Part shown: positions 59,601 to 64,000 of the stretch, one piece after another
Layout: every line of letters starts with the position of its first letter
How positions within the stretch are numbered: the first letter of the stretch is position 1
The notes under the pieces: model-generated
The model's input: only the letters and a program-made list of their open reading frames with translations
Told to the model about the DNA's origin: nothing
Databases searched by the model: none
Program-made: the position numbers and the translations under genes
Assembly: GCA_050230475.1 (NCBI GenBank)
Contig: JBFLGF010000225.1
Coordinates: 1-64,000 of the forward strand
DNA length: 64,000 nucleotides
DNA from: Ancylonema sp.
Taxonomy: Eukaryota
Direction: 5' to 3'

Positions 59601-62600
59601 AGAGCTAAGAAAAGATGAATCATTATGATAATGATAAAATTTAAGAAACCACATGGGAAATCTGAAAACCCACGAGACGCCTCGCGTGTACAATGACTTC
59701 AAACTCCAAACTTGGCTCATGGAGAATGGCGGGGGGGGCCTCACTTCCTCTCCCTTCGCGATGAGTCGACGCGATATCACGCGAACGCGTTTTCCGTCAT
59801 AGAGGAGAACTGAGTTGGGGTCGCAGCTGTCAACCAACCGACCAACCGACCAACCGAATAGTCACCAAACTTGAGAACCAGAAACTAAAACTGAGGACCA
59901 TTCATCCCACCCCTCCAAATTATTTGTTCAGTTTCCAAATTCAGACCTGTATACCTACTACCATGAACAATCGAACCCTAACATCCTAAAAAACGAAAAC
60001 CCCTTGAACATCTGCGACACTCAACCCTAAAACCCTAAAACCCTAAAACCCTAAAACCCTAAAACCCTAAAACCCTAAAACCCTAAAACCCTAAAACCCT
60101 AAAACCCTAAAACCCTAAAACCCTGAAACCCTGAAACCCTGAAACCCTAGAACCCTAGAACCCTAGAACCCTAGAACCCTAGAACTCAGAGACCCTTCAT
60201 CCTAAAACCCTAAAACTCAAAGACCCTTCATCCTAAATTTTCAAACTCCCTAAGACCCTAAAACCAGAATCCTAGGGCCCTAGAACCCTAGAACCCTCTA
60301 AACCCCAAAACCCTATAAACCCTCAGAATCTTATGGACTCACTTCCTGAAAAGTCCTAAAACCCTAAAACCTCGAATGTCTGAAACTCTGAACCCCTAAA
60401 ACCCTAAAACCCTAAAACCTAAAATTCGAGACCCTAAAATCATAATCCCTATCTCTTGCCTGTGGTTGGCGATGGAGGTGAGGGGGAAGAGCCCGGTGCC
60501 GACCGGCTTCATTTCCGCATCACAGATGGTGTGGGCGTTGCAGGACAGCTGGCAGGAGGAAGGGGGGGGAAGGGGGAGAGAAAGGGGGATGGAATAAGGT
60601 GATTTTGAATTAGTGATGTCGGGATCGCTGGTTTTTTTATTTATTTTAAATCTTGGTTTGTTTGCGTTCTCTTTTTCCGCTTGTTTCGTTCCAGTTTTGT
60701 TTCTGCACTTCTGTTTTTTTGTTCGTTTCACTTTCCCCCTCCACTGTCAAGGCGCTGGGGAGAAGAGGAAGGGAAGAGGAAAAGGCGAAACGAATATGAG
60801 AATCAGAAGCTAGCACCATACACAGATGATGTCTAATCTCACTTTTTCTGCCCCTCCCACCCGATTTTGGTCTTGCCCGTTTTTGGGATTTTTGGGCCCT
60901 CACCCTGCAGAGGAGGTGCGTGATGAAGCGGTTGTCTGGGGCGCCAGGGGGGCGCAATTTTGCTACCAGAGTGGCCATTTGCGCCGTTAGCACTAAACGA
61001 TCTTCAGGAAAATCCTTGGCATCTGAGGGTGCAAATTGTCAAGAAATTCGTGAAAGGGGGAGATGACGCTGAAGGACTTCTACATTTTTTCCATATGGCA
61101 GATGCATTATTTCTTCGATAGGAAAAAAAGAGTGTATTTATATACATACATGTATCGGAGTCTTGTATAATTCTGGATGTAGAACAGGCATAAATAGAAC
61201 TGAGAGCAAGGGTAATAAGTTTTTGTGAAGAACCAATTTCGTTGTTGTTTTTTTAATCAACAAATGGAGAAATGACGATTACATGTATAGGAAAGATACA
61301 AAATAGAAGGAAAAGGAACGACTGGAAAAAAATATAGGTTGATTTGTTTGGACGAGTGAATGTACAAAATACAAAAACTAAAAAAATGAACAAACATTAA
61401 CATGATAGAGTAGGTGATGACTACCAAAAAAAATAGAGCGGGGAGCAGGGGGAAGTGAGTTACGGGAGGGGAGAGCGTCGACGTGTTCGTACGATCGAAG
61501 AAGGGAGGTGAGCTGCCAAGGGGGGACAGGTGGCAAGCTCAGATTGGCAGATGAATGGGTACAGCACTCTGTTTATGCCAACATCGAAAATTGTATGAAT
61601 GAGATATAATGTATGATGGAAGAACCAAACCTTAGCGTTATTGAATATGTATACATAGGATACATAGATATACATATATGTNATAAGGTGATTTTGAATT
61701 AGTGATGTCGGGATCGCTGGTTTTTTTATTTATTTTAAATCTTGGTTTGTTTGCGTTCTCTTTTTCCGCTTGTTTCGTTCCAGTTTTGTTTCTGCACTTC
61801 TGTTTTTTTGTTCGTTTCACTTTCCCCCTCCACTGTCAAGGCGCTGGGGAGAAGAGGAAGGGAAGAGGAAAAGGCGAAACGAATATGAGAATCAGAAGCT
61901 AGCACCATACACAGATGATGTCTAATCTCACTTTTTCTGCCCCTCCCACCCGATTTTGGTCTTGCCCGTTTTTGGGATTTTTGGGCCCTCACCCTGCAGA
62001 GGAGGTGCGTGATGAAGCGGTTGTCTGGGGCGCCAGGGGGGCGCAATTTTGCTACCAGAGTGGCCATTTGCGCCGTTAGCACTAAACGATCTTCAGGAAA
62101 ATCCTTGGCATCTGAGGGTGCAAATTGTCAAGAAATTCGTGAAAGGGGGAGATGACGCTGAAGGACTTCTACATTTTTTCCATATGGCAGATGCATTATT
62201 TCTTCGATAGGAAAAAAAGAGTGTATTTATATACATACATGTATCGGAGTCTTGTATAATTCTGGATGTAGAACAGGCATAAATAGAACTGAGAGCAAGG
62301 GTAATAAGTTTTTGTGAAGAACCAATTTCGTTGTTGTTTTTTTAATCAACAAATGGAGAAATGACGATTACATGTATAGGAAAGATACAAAATAGAAGGA
62401 AANATCCCAGATTCCAAAATCCGGGAATTGAAAATCTGGGTTCCCACAGTGCCCCCCTCTTAACCTTCGATCGACGAGCTCGAGTTACTCATGCCACCTG
62501 CCTCATGCCTTATTGCCACCTGGCGCAACGTACCACGTGCCAGGAGTTTCCACCTACCTGACAGGTGTCGGAGCAGTAGCGGACAGCTTTGCATCTCGAA

Positions 62601-63194
62601 CACCGCTTCAGGAAATGGTTGACACGGAAACATTCATCGCACCTGGTCGCCTCCGTCTCCCCTGTTAGAACCGTCGCATACGCTGACTCACTCAGGAGCA
62701 CCGAACCTGGACATGTTACAGGTGGCAATGTGGCATTGGCACACCGAAACATCACCCACGATACATGACTGCATATGTCTTTGCAGGTGTGTATACATCA
62801 AAATTATACTCACGTGTGAATACAGGGATGAGTCAATAAATCGTGGGTACCACGCAGCAATTGCGAAACAAATTTCACTTATATGCCCGTGCACTCACCC
62901 TCGTTTTCACCCTTATTATTTTTTTGCCTCATTTAACATGCCGTGATCCTTGAAGGACGACATTAGTGCCCTCCGATGCTATCCAGTAGGCTCTACTGGT
63001 ACCTGATCACTGAACCCTGGTTCCCGGATACCCGTGTTCTCACTGGGCTCAAATTTGCGCGCAGCCACAAGGCAGCGCCCCTTGCCCTCTTTGTACTCCA
63101 CCCGCAGGCCTTGGTCCCCCAACCACTTCGTCGACACGCCCGAAACTTCTTTGCTGATTTCTAGAATCGGCATCGAGGAACTTCCAGCAGCCAT
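56698..63194 (-). CDS. ASHR1: SET and MYND domain lysine methyltransferase (ASHR1/SMYD type); one exon apparently missing in an assembly gap
   Basis: KGRCLVA, CDEC..CSRCKAVRYCSDTCQ (MYND), CNAHTICD, GLFP..SIANHSCDPN, GEEVCFSY, YFFTCGCPRC, and a TPR-like tail (LTITH..DHPLV). Confidence 0.9.
59188..59325. repeat. 42-bp tandem repeat x3.3 spanning an intron/exon boundary of the SMYD gene
   Basis: Perfect units GCCACGTCAGCATAGCTGAAACACACCTGGATATAGGCACAT at 59188, 59230 and 59272. Confidence 0.97.
60025..60184. repeat. Intronic telomere-like array (CCCTAAAA)12 (CCCTGAAA)3 (CCCTAGAA)5
   Basis: Direct reading; degenerate copies extend to about 60437. Confidence 0.93.
61683..62402. repeat. Apparently exact copy of 60594-61313 bracketed by Ns (probable misassembly)
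   Basis: Identical ORF translations in both copies; single Ns at 61682 and 62403. Confidence 0.9.
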
Positions 63195-64000
63195 GGTCGT
63201 GTCCGTACGGAACGACGGCCGTACAATGTGAAGAGGTAATTGAAACACAGAGTTTCAAACAGCAAATTGCGCGGCAATGACGGCGGTGGCTATGATACAG
63301 TCAGTCCGGACACGTGACAATCTGGGATATTTTGACGACTGAAAAACGTCTCCATCTGTCTGTTGCGGATCTCATCGGACCTGGCGCCCTCGATGAGCAC
63401 CCACAAGCTGTCAGTGACTTTGTAACTAACCAAAATGTGGAAACACGATTTGCAGTGTCCCATCGTAACTCGCGTGCTGGAGAAGCTCGCGAGGCCTTAG
63501 CGCGGGCAGATTGCCCAGTCGGGCGGCGACTGGACATTTGCCGGCAGATTGAGACCGTCAAAATTGAAGCATTGGATTCCAACTCGGAGTCGCGTCAAGG
63601 CTGCCGGTTGTCAGGTGACGGCCGATTGTTTGACACTGATGTTGACGTTGACCGAGTCGCAAGCTGTTGGTCGCTGTACGTTGACCGGATGGACATGTCC
63701 GTACAAAAATCTGCAGATCGGCTACCGTCACTTCGGCCAACGACAACGACGTCTTCGTTCTGACATCTGTCCAGTTCAGTCGTTTGTCGGTGGTCGAAAA
63801 TTATCACACACTTGAACCCGAAACCTGTACAGATTGAAGCTCAAAGTGTGACTTCCAAAACCCCTCCACTGATAAGGGCCGCTTTCCGCTCTGTAAATCA
63901 GAAAGGTATCTAAAAAAAATGCAGCTCTATCTGTGCACGGCATTCCCCGACATATCCCCGCTATGTACCTAGACTCTCGGCGCAGTGTCAGGCGCTTGAT

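Noticed and set aside
63314..63763. 149-aa plus-strand ORF divergent from SMYD
   Set aside because: Non-ATG start and no recognisable motif; probably promoter or 5' UTR of a gene beyond the window.

Overview
Eukaryotic nuclear DNA, most consistent with a green plant or streptophyte alga: plant-type genes, GT-AG introns full of microsatellites, and three single-N assembly joins. Positions 1-12.6 kb are a stack of nested, decayed LTR retroelements. A Ty1/copia gag-pol is interrupted by a 2.2-kb non-autonomous LTR element (TSD GTGAG) and then truncated by an unexplained 113-bp direct-repeat structure. A full-length chromodomain Ty3/gypsy element (TSD CTAGG) inserted into that structure and itself carries a 634-bp TG..CA insertion. 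Positions 14-63 kb hold 11 housekeeping genes: a Mic12/QIL1-like small protein, PRP43/DHX15 head-to-head with CDC5L, a RING-H2 protein, BI1/Lifeguard, apyrase, a RAD7-like LRR protein, PIG-Y, an F-box protein, DCC1 and ASHR1/SMYD. A solo LTR related to the 2.2-kb element lies at 41.1 kb. The most notable signals are: (i) a tRNA-less, probably self-priming LTR family in which the post-LTR sequence is complementary to an LTR site about 30 nt after a TATA-like box; (ii) a gypsy 5' end that looks like a fossil reverse-transcriptase template switch; (iii) an intact -1 frameshift cassette; (iv) an in-frame triplicated splice acceptor covering the SET catalytic Tyr; (v) G-rich/C-rich and telomere-like intron architecture; and (vi) a diverged duplicate at an N that suggests a haplotype or homeolog switch. 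All calls come from reading the sequence by eye; no database searches were run.
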